Shown: in pieces, positions 52,163 to 64,000 of the stretch | Layout: every line of letters begins with the position of its first letter | How positions within the stretch are numbered: the first letter of the stretch is position 1 | Source: Eledone cirrhosa | Lineage: Eukaryota | Direction: 5' to 3' | Length of the DNA stretch: 64,000 bases | NCBI GenBank assembly: GCA_964016885.1 | Contig: OZ024741.1 | Coordinates: 65,534,001-65,598,000, forward strand | The notes under the pieces: generated by a model | Databases searched by the model: none | What the model was told of the DNA's origin: nothing | The model's input: only the letters and a program-made list of their open reading frames with translations | Translations under genes and position numbers: made by a program

Positions 52163-53029
52163 CTACTTCAAGAATAGGAAATAACTAGAAGATATCAAAC
52201 ATTTTGTTATTATTTGTTTAGCTGTAGCTCAACCTTCGGATCGAAGGCATTGCAGCCATCACTAACCTGTTCTTTTATATAAAAGAAATCGACGAAATAT
52301 GACCCAAAGAAGGAGCCTCTATATCGCCGCTCAACCGGCTGAAAATAGAAACAATATTCCTCTTCAAATTACTCTCTACTATCTTGAAAAAGAACGTTTG
52401 GTAATATCTTGGTGTATAACAATGATTTCTAATTTTGGTACAGGAACAACAATTTTGGTGGGAGGGGAAAGTCAATTATATCGACTTCAGTACTTAAATA
52501 GCACTTTAATTTATCAACCCCGGATTAATGTAAGGCAAAGTTGACCTCGGTAGGATTTGAACTCGGAACAAATAACGCAAAGTATTTTATCCAACACTCT
52601 AACGATCCTGACAACCTGCCACCCTATTTTTATATATGACAATGCCGGGATTGAATCCACAAATAATTTATTTGCGGAAATGACAAGACAAAAACATCGT
52701 ATATTTTAAAGGAAGGAGGCAAAGAAAATTGAGCAGTTTATTATTTCACATACAATGGAATGGACCTTCGTCAGATTTGACAAATGGAACATTCTGCTCA
52801 TGAAAATAGTGTACAATTGGTATTGGTTGATCTTTCAACAGACACGTGTACCTTTAACGTAATTCTCGGGGTGATTCAGCATGACTCAAGGTTGGCTCAT
52901 TGAATTAGAGATACAGTCCATCCGACGAGCTTCATAAAGCTTGAATCGATCCGAGGCTGTTAAATATGCAACGCAGTGGATTCAAGCCCCAAACCTTCTT
53001 CCAGAGAAGGAGATATAGCAGTCTATATT

Positions 53030-54197
53030 TTTATTATCGACTTCGAAAGTGTGAAAGGTAAAGTTGACCTCGGCAAGATTTGAACTAAAAAAACCCCAGA
53101 GAGCTGGAACGAATGTTGCAAAGCATTCTATCCGATATTTTAACGACTCTACCAATTCGCCGCCGATACTAGATACATAATTGTTTCTATTTTGGGCACA
53201 AGGCCAGCAATTATCACAGCGCATTACTGGTACTTTATTTTATCGACCCCGTAAGGATGAAAGGCAAAGTTAACCTCGGTGGGATTTGAACTCGGACCGT
53301 AAAGGGGCGTAACTCTATGCTACAAAGCATGGCGTCCGACCCTCCACCGATACTGCCAATCCACCATACTAGATACATAATGCCGGGGGAAAAGACCTTT
53401 ATCATACGGAATAAAATTGCATTAAATAACACTATGTTTGTTGACTTATTCTCCCAAATTGTACTAGTGCATAACTTGAAAAATTTGAACCGGATTACTG
53501 AATATTATATCCCGCCGAGGTTAACTTTGCCTTTCATCCTTACGGGGTCGATAAAATAAAGTACCAGTAATATACTGGAATAATTGCTGGCCTTGTGCCA
53601 AAAGTAGAAACAATTATGTGGATTGGCAGTATCGGTAGAGGGTCGGACGCCATGCTTTCCAGCATAGTTACGTCCCTTTACGATCTGACTTCAAATCCCG
53701 CCGAGGTTAACTTTGCCTTTCATCCTTACGGGGTCGATAAAATAAAGTACCAGTAATGCACTGGGTAATTGCTGGCCTTGTGCCTAAAGTAGAAACAATT
53801 ATTTGATAATTTAGGTGGATGGAGATTTGCTGTTTTTCCTCACGTGAGTATAAAGAAAAGACAAGATAAGTAGCGCCCCTTTAAGTCAATATTATATTTA
53901 GAGTTATGTCCCCTCTTCTGTTGTAATTAACAGCATTTCATAGCGAGACTTCTGTACGTTTATTATACATAAACATATCGTATATATCAGAGATGGGGAC
54001 CTTTTAATTTTTATTAATATGTGTTTGTCTGTCTCTTAGGCTTGGACATGCTTTCCAGCATAGTTACGTCCCTTTATGACCTGTGTTCAAATCCCGCCGA
54101 GGTTAACTTTGCCTTTCATCCATACGGGTCGATAAAATAAATACCAGTAATGTACTGGGTAATTGCTGGCCTTGTGCCAAAAGTAGAAACAATTATT
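53030..54197. mobile_element. Cluster of SINE family M copies in both orientations
   Basis: 53030-53165 -, 53180-53366 - (TSD atactagatacataat), 53510-53617 +, 53618-53802 +, 54043-54197 +. Confidence 0.85.
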
Positions 54198-54949
54198 TTA
54201 ATTTAAACTATAAGTTGAACCTATTTTAAATACAAAAAGAGTAAAAGAAAATTCTGACAGACTGCCAGAATTTAAAAATTAGCAGATCATATATAATTAT
54301 CGTTTCTTGAATGTGGCCTTATATTACAAGTAACTTAATACGGCCTTTCAACATGAAAAGATTCTCCACCTCTGGTATATGCTTTCATATTCACTCTTAT
54401 GTTGCTAATTGTAAATCCTTCAAAATAACTTATTGTCAGGAATTAATTTAAAAGTGATAATTATTTATAAATACACATTTTGTTCTGTTGTCACATTTAT
54501 ATGAATGAAGTAACATACATCAGAGTGATGTTATACTAATTACAAATACGGTAGGATCACACATATGCAAGATGGTGGCGTGGAAAACTTCAGTTAACTC
54601 TTACAGCTCCCTCAGTAAAAAACCTCCTATATTTGATTAGAAAAAGACACATACTAAACTGATACTTATGAAGTCTTGAAGAATTAATCCTTTTGATAAC
54701 TAAACAAGATGAAACTGCCTCTAGTCATATAATACAAAATTGCTTGCTTTAAAATGTTTATATATTTATTTTAAAACCTTCCATGATAATTATATGTTTT
54801 AGGTTATGCTCTAAATACTAGGTTAATAAGGAGCGAGTTTGTTATGTTACTAAATCCCTCCAGCATTTTGGTTATTTTCAAAATTAGTTGAAAATCATTG
54901 TGAGGGTTTTTCATTAGTAATGTAGTAACAAAAGGGTTAAAGTGTTTAT

Positions 54950-55605
54950 CTTCTTCTTCTTTGCCCACTTATTCCTCAATAATGTTGGGGTCCTCAAAGA
55001 CTCCTTCCAATGAATCCCCAAGTGAGGCCAGCTGAGTTCATGGATGTTATCCAAGCATCTTGGTCAGGGTCTACCCCTGGGTCTGTCCAGCAATTCTTTC
55101 CTGAGACATTCTAAACACATACCTATAATATTGGAGTTGTGATCTCTCAATTTGGAGAAGTAACGACTCTACTTGGAGTGACTCTCTGATCTACGAGCTA
55201 TGCACTCTCTCGAGTAATGTTACTCCAAAGACCCTACAGAGGAACTATATTTTGTATTCATGATCATATTCTTTTGGTCATTACCCAAGAATAATGATCA
55301 TAGGTATAGGTTGACCTGAATTTCAAACTGAAGATAGCAAGTTTGGATTTTACACCTACCTCCCTTCTTCTGATTATTGAATATTGAAGCTGGCACCAGC
55401 TCCTGCAATTCATGCACTTAATTCAGCCTCCTGCCTTCCATCACTCATGAAACATGGCCCCTAACTTACTTGGATTTCTCTACCCTCTTCAGTGGAACTC
55501 CATTTACATGTAGAGTGCACTGCGCAGGCTTCCTTGATAGGACAAGTGTCTCAGTTTTCGCGGTACTGATTTTCATTCCGGCTATGCAGCACTCGGCATC
55601 ATACC
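54950..55605 (-). mobile_element. Old RTE LINE 3' fragment with (AAG)n tail and 12-bp TSD
   Basis: AGMKISTAKTETLVL motif. TSD taaagtgtttat at 54938-54949 and 55606-55617. Confidence 0.7.
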
Positions 55606-56559
55606 TAAAGTGTTTATATTTATTTAAAAACCTTCTATCATAATTTTATGTTAGAATCTTGTGTTTTGCTCTAAATATCTGCTTAATAAGGTTTTCTTTC
55701 TTTATTTATTTATGTCCCATTACTACCATTTGAGGAAGGAGGGTTGAATTGACTTTTTTTAATTGCATATGCACATTTTCTTAGGTTGTATATTCATATT
55801 TTGTGGATAGAGCTCTGGGATTACAATCGTGAGGTTGTGAGTTCGATTCTTGAACCAGGATTTGCGTTGTATTCTTGAGCAAGGCACTTTATTTCATGTT
55901 GCTAGTTCACTCAGGTGTAGAAATGTGTTGCAACTTCACTGGTGCCAAACTGTATTGGCCTTTGGCTTTCTCTTGGACAACATTGGTGGCGTGGAGAGAG
56001 GAAACTGGTATGTATGGGTGACTGCTGGTCTTCCACAAACAATCTTGCTCAGACTTGTGCCTCGGAGGAGAACTTTCTAGGTGCAAATCCCATGGTTATT
56101 CGTGACTGAAGGGGCTCTTTACCTTTATATTCATATTTTGTTTATTTTTCTGAATTTCAAATTGACTTTTGGTTTGTTATATTTTAATGAATTTCAATTC
56201 GATTTTAAAATTTAATTATTGGCTAATAGCTTATAGCTTTTAAAAATTAGGTTCTTGTACAGTGCAGATTCGTCTTTATTTAAAAGAATGAGGTTTGATT
56301 TGAAAGTAATTTAGCTACTATTTCTAGGCGGTCAAGTTACCACATGGAGACTACCTTGTTTAGATTTCTCATCCTACTAACGCTGTTGTTTATATTTCAT
56401 ACAATTTCTCCATTGTTCTTTCTCAAGCATTAGTGAAACCTTGAAACTTTCCAAGCCAACAACACCATTTAATTCTTCATTATTTTTCTTTTGATAAATA
56501 TCTAGGTGGGGCCTGCATTAAGAAACTAAAATAAGCTTTTCATTGTTGTTGTTGTTTGA

Positions 56560-56594
<35 letters not shown>

Positions 56595-56597
56595 GAA

Positions 56598-57205
56598 GGC
56601 GGTAGATTGGCAGAATCGGTAGAGTGTCGGACATGCTTCGTGACGTAGAGTTACGGCCCTTTACGTTCTGAGTTCAATTCTCGAAATGGTTAGCTTTGTC
56701 TTTCATCCTTATGGGATCAATAAAACAAAGCACCAGTAATGAACTGGGTCGATTTACTTGACTTTTCCCTTCCCCCAACATTTGCTGGCCTTGTGCCTAA
56801 ATCAGAACCATTATTATTATTATTATAAGGGCGGTGGATTGGCAGTATCGGTAGAGGGTCAGACGCCATGCTTTCCAGCATAGTTACGTCCCTTAACGAT
56901 CTGAGTTCAAATCCCGCCGAGGTTAACTTTGCCTTTCATCCTTACGGGGTCGATAAAATAAAGTACCAGTAATGCACTGGATAATTGTTGGCCTTGTACC
57001 TAAAGTAGAAACTATTGTTGTTGTTGTTGTTGTTGTTGTATGAGCCAAATGAATTTTTCTAGCTCTTTTTGATCTACATCCAAATCCCACTAAGGTTAAC
57101 TTTATCTTTCATCCTTACAGAGTCAACAAAATGAAGTACCAGTCAAGTACTAAGGTCAATTTAAATGACTTTCACCTCCCCAAAATTGCTGACCTTATGC
57201 CTAAT
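56598..57205 (+). mobile_element. Three tandem SINE family M copies inserted at (ATT)n/(GTT)n
   Basis: Repeated core motif and tails. Confidence 0.82.
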
Positions 57206-57230
57206 CATAGGGGCTGCAGCGTCTTTAGAG

Positions 57231-57263
<33 letters not shown>

Positions 57264-57319
57264 TGTGTGTGTGTTTGTGTGGGTTATGAATATATATATG
57301 ATGTTGTGTGTCCAAACTA

Positions 57320-57800
57320 ATGAGGTCATGTAGGTGTCACGACAAAAAAAAACACACAGTCCACGCTGTAATATGGCCGTGTAGGTAACACGGTAAAAAG
57401 CTCCCAGTCCACACTGTAAACGTGGTTGGTGTTAGGATGGGCATCCAGCCATAGAAAACCTGCCAGATAGTCCTATACGAGTGAGAGACGGTCACCCGAC
57501 CAATTTTACCTCAAGTGGGACAATTCCCGTCTAACCCATGCTAGCGTGGAAGATAGACGTTAAACGATGATGATGATGTATATATATATATAAAGGGGCC
57601 ATGCAGGTGTCAACAAAAAGTACCCAGTCCACACTGTAAATGTTATTAGTGTTAGGAAGGGCATCCAGCCATAGAAAACCTGCCAGATACAGTCCTATGT
57701 GAGTGAGGCACGGTCATCTGATCAATCTTGCCTCAAGTGGGACAATTCCCATCTAACCCATGCTAACATGGAAGATAGATGTTAAACGATGATGATGATA
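57320..57800 (+). mobile_element. Two tandem RTE family B-like 3' UTR fragments
   Basis: Match 28690-29050, each with a (GAT)n tail. Confidence 0.78.
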
Positions 57801-58663
57801 TATATATAAAGAAATATACAGACAGACCCACAAACAATATTATTCACAGAGAATGCTGACTTATGGCGTAAATGAAAGTATTTTACCACCCATCATTTTT
57901 TTAACCTTTTATTGTATTTCATGATTTCTAAATAAAAAGGTTAGAACCAGTTTGTCAGTTCATTAGTATTCATGTGATAGACTGACAAAAAATGATGTAC
58001 AACCACTATAGTATACATTTAGAGAGGGTGGTAGATTGGTAGAATTATTGGAGTGTAAAGCTTTGAGGTATTTGATTACAACTCTTTACCTTCTGAGTTC
58101 AAATCCCACTAAGGTTAACTTTGCCTTTCATCCTTCCAAGGCTGGTGAAATTGTACCAGTCACATACTAGGGTCGATTTAATCAACTTTCCCCTTACCCA
58201 AAATTACTGGCTTTGTACCAATTTTAGATTAAAAAATTATTTGTAGCGTAATTTTTGCTTAGTTATCTGTGGTTTTTTTCGGGTTTTTTTTCTAGTAAAT
58301 GTTATTTTAAATGTCCCTTGTGTGTGTAGGTGTAGAGTTGAGCAGTTCAAAAATACATCAGCCTGACAAACACTCCAGTGTGCTTTTCCTCATTAACCTA
58401 CTATGAGATAGGTTATTGACAAAGATAAATAAATAAAAGTTAGACAAATAAAGAAAAAGTAAATATCAAATAAAGTTTTCTCTTATATATATATATGTAT
58501 ATAAATGTGTGTGTGTGTGTGTGTCTGTCTGTGTGTATACATACATATGTCTATATATATACACACATGTGTTTATATATATGTATGTATATATATATGT
58601 GTGTATACATATATGTGCGTGTATATATATATATATATGTATATATATATGTGTATGTGTATA

Positions 58664-58706
<43 letters not shown>

Positions 58707-59021
58707 ATATGTGTGTGTCTATATATATATATAAAATTGTTGTTCTTTTTTGTACATCATCAGCAGTCAAAATGATTTTACTTTTCCAAGAAATATTTAT
58801 ATTTTAATAAAGCCATTAGTTTACCAAATTTGTATGACCAAAAGATGTGTGAAAGTCCACCATGTGAATATATCATCATTGTCATCATTTTACACCTGTC
58901 TTATATGCTGGCATGGGGCTGGACGAGTTTTTATGGTTTGAGTCAGTTCTTATTTGGGGTTTCTGCTTTCCTAGATGTACATCCCTTTTGTATATTCCAT
59001 TTAAGATAAATTTAATGCCGA

Positions 59022-59108
59022 TATTATTCTATGTACTATACATGCACCTTTGATGAGTTGTAGTGCACCTGAGCACTGTACACAATAATTTCATTATTAT
59101 TATTATTA
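59022..59108 (+). mobile_element. 3' tip of the CR1-like LINE
   Basis: Reverse complement of 5896-5980. Confidence 0.85.
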
Positions 59109-59372
59109 TATAACTACAGCTTTTTAATTGGAAGCCACTATTTTTCTGAACACAGGAAAACATAAGAGATTACCATTAGGCATTTTAGAGATTTGGGGTT
59201 CCTCATCAGGAGATAACTACATCTATGGTTCTCTAGAAAGGAATTATACTAATCTCTAAATACTTAAAGGTAATCTTTTATATTTTTCTGAGTACAAAGG
59301 AGTAGTTGAAAGTGTTTAAACTTTATTATTTTTATAGAGAAGGCTTTTTTAATTAAAAAAACTGTAGTTATA
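59108..59372. repeat. Old degenerate fold-back with a CTGATGA remnant in the loop
   Basis: Arm pairs ataactacag/ctgtagttat, agattacc/ggtaatct and tttagagatt/aatctctaaa. cctcatcagg at 59201. Confidence 0.45.
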
Positions 59373-59483
59373 TCTATATTATATTCACTTGAAATCTTTT
59401 AACATTTCATAAAAATTAGACCGGTTGTTTCTGTGGTATTCTATATTCTGCTTGACATATATTGCCACACAGTAGAGAGTGTC

Positions 59484-59520
<37 letters not shown>

Positions 59521-60399
59521 AGGTGGGTTTCAATTGTGTAAATCATTCAAGTTTATTTTCAGGGTTTGTAGATGACACAAGAACAAATGAAGAATAAATG
59601 AAAATAGCTAAAAGTTGATATAAAGATATTAATATAATTGTTTCTAATTTAGGCTCAAGACCAGTAATTTTTTGGGGAAGAGGCAAGTCAATTAAATTGA
59701 CCCCCAGTGTGTGGTTGGCATTTTATTTATCAACCCCGTAAGGATGAAAGGCAAAATTGACTGTGGCAGGATTTGAACTCAGAACATAAAGGGCCGTAAC
59801 TCTATGCCATGAACCGTGTTGTCCAATGCTCTACCGGCACTGCCTATCCTCCACCCTAATGATATTAATATAATGAAACACTTTTTAAGGAGAAATGTTT
59901 TTCAATCATGAAGAATTATTTTTTATGTGGTTTTAGGAAGGTTGTGAGTTTTTTCTTTTGACTTGTCTGTGTGTCTGTGTCAAGAATTGAAGTTTATTTT
60001 TAGGTTTCCAGATAAAAATAAGAATGTAGAGAATTAAATACAAATATAGATATAAACATGATTGAAAGGGGCTCTTTTGGGAGATGGTTTACATTTGTCA
60101 AAGGAGAGGTTTATGGAAGATTTAATAGATAAATGATACTAAAAAATAGATTTGGTGAAAGTTTCTTTGAAGTTACGATTTTTTTCCTTTTATCTTGTGT
60201 GTGTGCATGCGTGTTGCGTACGTGCGTGTGTGCGTGCGTGTGTGTGTGTGTGCGCACGTGTGTGTACACATGCATAGGTGTGCTCACAGATGTGAGGAAA
60301 TTGGTCGATCATCTGTTGTCTAATAAAGGACAATTACATATTTAATTGTGGTTTATATTTGTCAAGGAATTCCTTTTCTTTATTTATTCTCTGCTGTTG

Positions 60400-61370
60400 A
60401 GTGAAGGAGTCTGAGCATTTACGGAGGGGGATAATTTTGAAGTTGGGTAAGTCTAATCCTACACATGTTGCAATGTGACTGCTTAAAGGGATTTGTCTCG
60501 TTTTCATCATGGATTTGTTGGTGGTGTATGGTCATTCTTTTGCATAATGACACTCCCATCTGTCCTATGTAATTTTGCAAACATCCACAACATGTAATTA
60601 CATAGATTAGGTTTTCCAAGCTGCAAGTGAAATTTTCTTTTACCCATCCTTAAATTTAAATTCTGGCCCTTCAATTCTGGTATAAGCAAGTACCACAGTT
60701 TTATTTTTTCTGTAACAGTGCAGTTGGAGATTTGTTGATGAGTTTTTGCTCCAGTAAGAATATGTTTTAATGTTTTGGGCTGTCTTTTACTTTTGAATTG
60801 GGAAGTTTTTGCAGAGGTGGTCAAATATTTTGATATTTCTGGGGTTGAAAGTTGACACATATGGTAAAACATTTTCCCTGTTTTGTTTTTTTGTTTTATT
60901 TTTTTTCCTTATCTTTTGGATATTTTTGTGTTTTGTCCTTTCTATTTCATTGGTGATTATGCCAAATGGGAAGGCTCTTTGGATAAGTATATTTTTTAGT
61001 TCATCCAGTCTTTTCTCATGTTTGATATAAATAGAAGGTACTATTTGGAGTCTGTGTGTTTATAGAAAATGTTTGTTTCTATTCTCCCATCTGCTTTTGA
61101 GATTGAGATATCTAAAAAAGTTAGTTCTTTGGTATTAAACTCCACTGTAAATTAGATGTTGCTGATAAGGTTATTTATCAAATTCTTAAATTCTGTGAGG
61201 TTTTTCTGACAAGATAAAGCGATGTGTCTCCAAATAGTAGTAGTGGTTGGCAATAAATATTTGCTCATGGAACCATATGGCTAAATTGGTGTTTGATGCC
61301 CATTGCAGTCCCTCCTGATATTTTCTGGTATGTAGATCCTTTGAACATAAAGTAATTTGCGATATGAATT
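60400..61370 (-). mobile_element. Degraded PLE of a different clade (Neptune/Poseidon-like GIY-YIG)
   Basis: GTAMG, FTVE..LTFLDISI, PKSLPF, RQPKTLKHIL, NLIYVITC..C.QNYIGQ...LCKRMTIH. Confidence 0.7.
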
Positions 61371-61419
61371 TGAGTTTAACAATGAAGTCTTTTATATATA
61401 TATATATATATAAAGATAA

Positions 61420-61606
61420 AGGCGTATGGCTTAGTGGTTAGAGCATTGGGCTTGCAATCGAAAGGTGGTTAGAGCATTGGGCTTGCAATTCTCAGATCGG
61501 GTGATGTGTTGTTTCCTTGAGCAAGACACTTTATTTTACTCAGCTGTAGAAATGAGATGATTGGACTGGGGTTCCTATCATTCCGCTGCAAAGTAGTCGT
61601 GGAGGT
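61420..61606 (+). mobile_element. SINE family T, truncated, with an internal head duplication
   Basis: tggcttagtggttagagcattgggcttgcaat is duplicated. Confidence 0.7.
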
Positions 61607-64000
61607 ATATATATATATAGATACATACATATATATGTATGTATGTATGTCTGTTGAAGGGATGATAACTACTTCAGTGCTGGTGCTAGAATAAAATGCA
61701 CTTAGTGCCCTCTGTTAAGTGCTTGGCAGCTGTAGAATTCATGTAAAATAATAGTAGAAAGGGCTCTTCAGTTACATCAAGTACAAGAGAACCTCTTTAG
61801 TGTTGGTGCCACAATAAAATGCAACTAATATACTCTACAAAGTGCCAAAACTTCAGCAAGATATAGTACTCTGATTCATCCAGCATTTTATTTTCAGACA
61901 TAATATATCTTGGAGTATGTTATCCAGTGTGTTATTTCTTTTTTTTTTTTTTTTTTTTTTTTAAGATGAATACGGGGTATAATTTAAGGGGTTTGGGGCT
62001 GATATTTCTAACAGGTCAAGCAATTACGTACAGGCTGCCCCCTCCTCACCACCACCACCACACACACACATACACACCCACGCACCCTCCATCACTCGAC
62101 TTTAATTATATTGGTTGTGCAAAGAAGTGTAAAAATCAACAGGGATATCATTTCAATATCATGTCATATAAGAAGGGAAGTCTCCTATTACTATATCTTA
62201 TTTTGAAAACCTAATATGGCCAGAGGGAGACAGAAGAAACACCAGAAAAAGAGAAGACACTTGGTCTTTTATTTCTTCCTTTCTTTCTTCTTTCTTTCTT
62301 TCTTTCTTTGTATCTATGTCTTATTTATTGTAAACTTTGTTGTAGGCTAAGTTAATAAAAATTCAAATCTCTGGCCAAATGTTTGACAGTTGTTGATAAC
62401 ATGGGCTGCAATAATAAGCATGGTGGGGTCTCACTTCATTGAGTCCAAACACCATTAAGGTCAGTCAACTTTGCCTTTTAGGGTTGATAAAATAAAGAAT
62501 CCGTTCTGTTCAGTCCAGTCCAGCCTGTTCAGTCCAGCCCAGTCCAGGCATTCCAGTCCCATAAAGTCCTGTCCTGCTAATCTTATCCAGTCAATCCAGT
62601 CCAGCCAGTCCCATCAAGTCCTATCCAGTCCAGCTAATCTAGTCCAGCCAGCCAGCCAGTCCAGTTGATAGGCAGTATTGTTAAAGTGGTTAATGAGATA
62701 TCTTGTGGTATTTCCTCCAGTTCATTGCATTCTGAGTTCTCAAGTCCTCATCACTGTTTAACGTCCATTTTTCTATGCTTGCCTGGGTTGAACAGGTTGT
62801 TACATTATGAAACGTCATGTTTTGCTCATATAGAACTGTTTTGGGCTTGGTTTTTATGGTTGAAGGCCAACCTTTACTAATGCCAACTACATTACAGCAT
62901 AGACTAGAGGTTTTTATTGTGACACCAACACAACTATCTGACTGAATGGACTGAGTGCTTTTTGTCATGTGACCAGCACAATCACCATACAGGATGGACA
63001 GGGTGCTTTTTGTCATGTGATCAGCATGACTGCCTGATAGTGTAAACTGAATCAAGTGGATTAAAACTCGTTCATTTTAATGCCACCACCAGTTCCTTGC
63101 ATGACTTTAATGGAGGAATACATTGAGTTGCAGGCATTTGAACCAGGTCTCTGGTTTGAAGATAATTCCCCCCCCCCCCCTTCCTCCCTCCCACATGTCT
63201 TGGAAGCCCTGGAAAAATATAAAGGCACATAGTTGCTAGCCTTTCCTCCCTGAGTAAGCCCTAAAGAAAAAGGTTGTAATAAATAAGATATTTGCCTAAC
63301 AATCAAGTCCCAACCATCCTATCTTCTTTTATGGCACATTATATTTATCGTGTCTTTATTTTTAACATGGAAGGGAAAGATTTGTGAAAGATTGGGATGC
63401 TGTGTGTCATTTATGTGTATTGTCTTTTATTCTTTACTCATATAAAACAAGAATCCTTCACTGGCATCATGGGAAGAGTCTTGAGTGATTTCATCAGAGA
63501 TGTCTAAGACTTATTCTGAATGTTAACTGCTTCGTGTGGTCTCAAGACACAGAGATTTTTTAAGGCAGTCAACCTCTAGAATATTGATTCAATGGTACAC
63601 AAGCACTATTTATGTTGAGCAAGCCAACTCACGGAGGCCTAGTCAGTGCCTTTCATTATTCTAGGGGAGTAGTGGAGGCCATTGGAGAAAATACTGTGCA
63701 GTATTTAGTTAAGATTTTCTATGTTCTAAATTCAAATCACTCTGAGGTCAATTTTGCCTGCATCATCATTTTTACCTCCACTTTTCCATGCAGACATGGG
63801 TTGTATGGGATGTTTTGTGACAATGTTTTACAGCTGGATCTTCTTCCTGATGCCAACCCTTTTAAGTGCTTCTTATGACATGCAGATATATAGCATACTT
63901 ATTCTAAACCCTTGGATTATAATCAGAGGATCCCAAAGGTAATACTGTATGATGAGTTTGTATACAAAAAGTGTCCCTAACACAAACTTAGACTACATTT

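Noticed and set aside
54565-54585. CAAGATGGTGGCG YY1-like start motif
   Set aside because: Isolated motif with no supporting ORF or splice donor.
59195-59215. HHR at CCTGATGAGG (minus strand)
   Set aside because: No GAAA, stem III or cut site follows; a remnant at best.

Overview
Eukaryotic, AT-rich, microsatellite-dense DNA. The repeat families suggest an octopus or other cephalopod, but this is an inference. The window is mostly retroelements: RTE-clade LINEs (one with an uninterrupted APE+RT frame at 19079-22140), CR1-like and R4/Dong-like relics, two abundant SINE families, MITEs and a 4.65 kb minisatellite with a 50-bp unit. The main feature is a set of Penelope-like elements (PLEs; RT + C-terminal GIY-YIG) and their non-coding derivatives, inserted into (TA)n tracts. 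I read nine essentially complete type I hammerhead ribozyme (HHR) motifs from five sequence families, plus degenerate and half copies. All nine have a self-complementary or nearly self-complementary stem III. Notable cases are a non-coding, retrozyme-like unit with two direct-repeat HHRs whose cut sites are 1303 nt apart (49.8-51.4 kb), a ~9.3 kb fold-back PLE with ~4 kb arms, a U3-A8 core variant, and several short hairpin-plus-tail insertions. A few phase-compatible micro-exons on the + strand may belong to a host gene. All calls were made by eye; no database searches were run.
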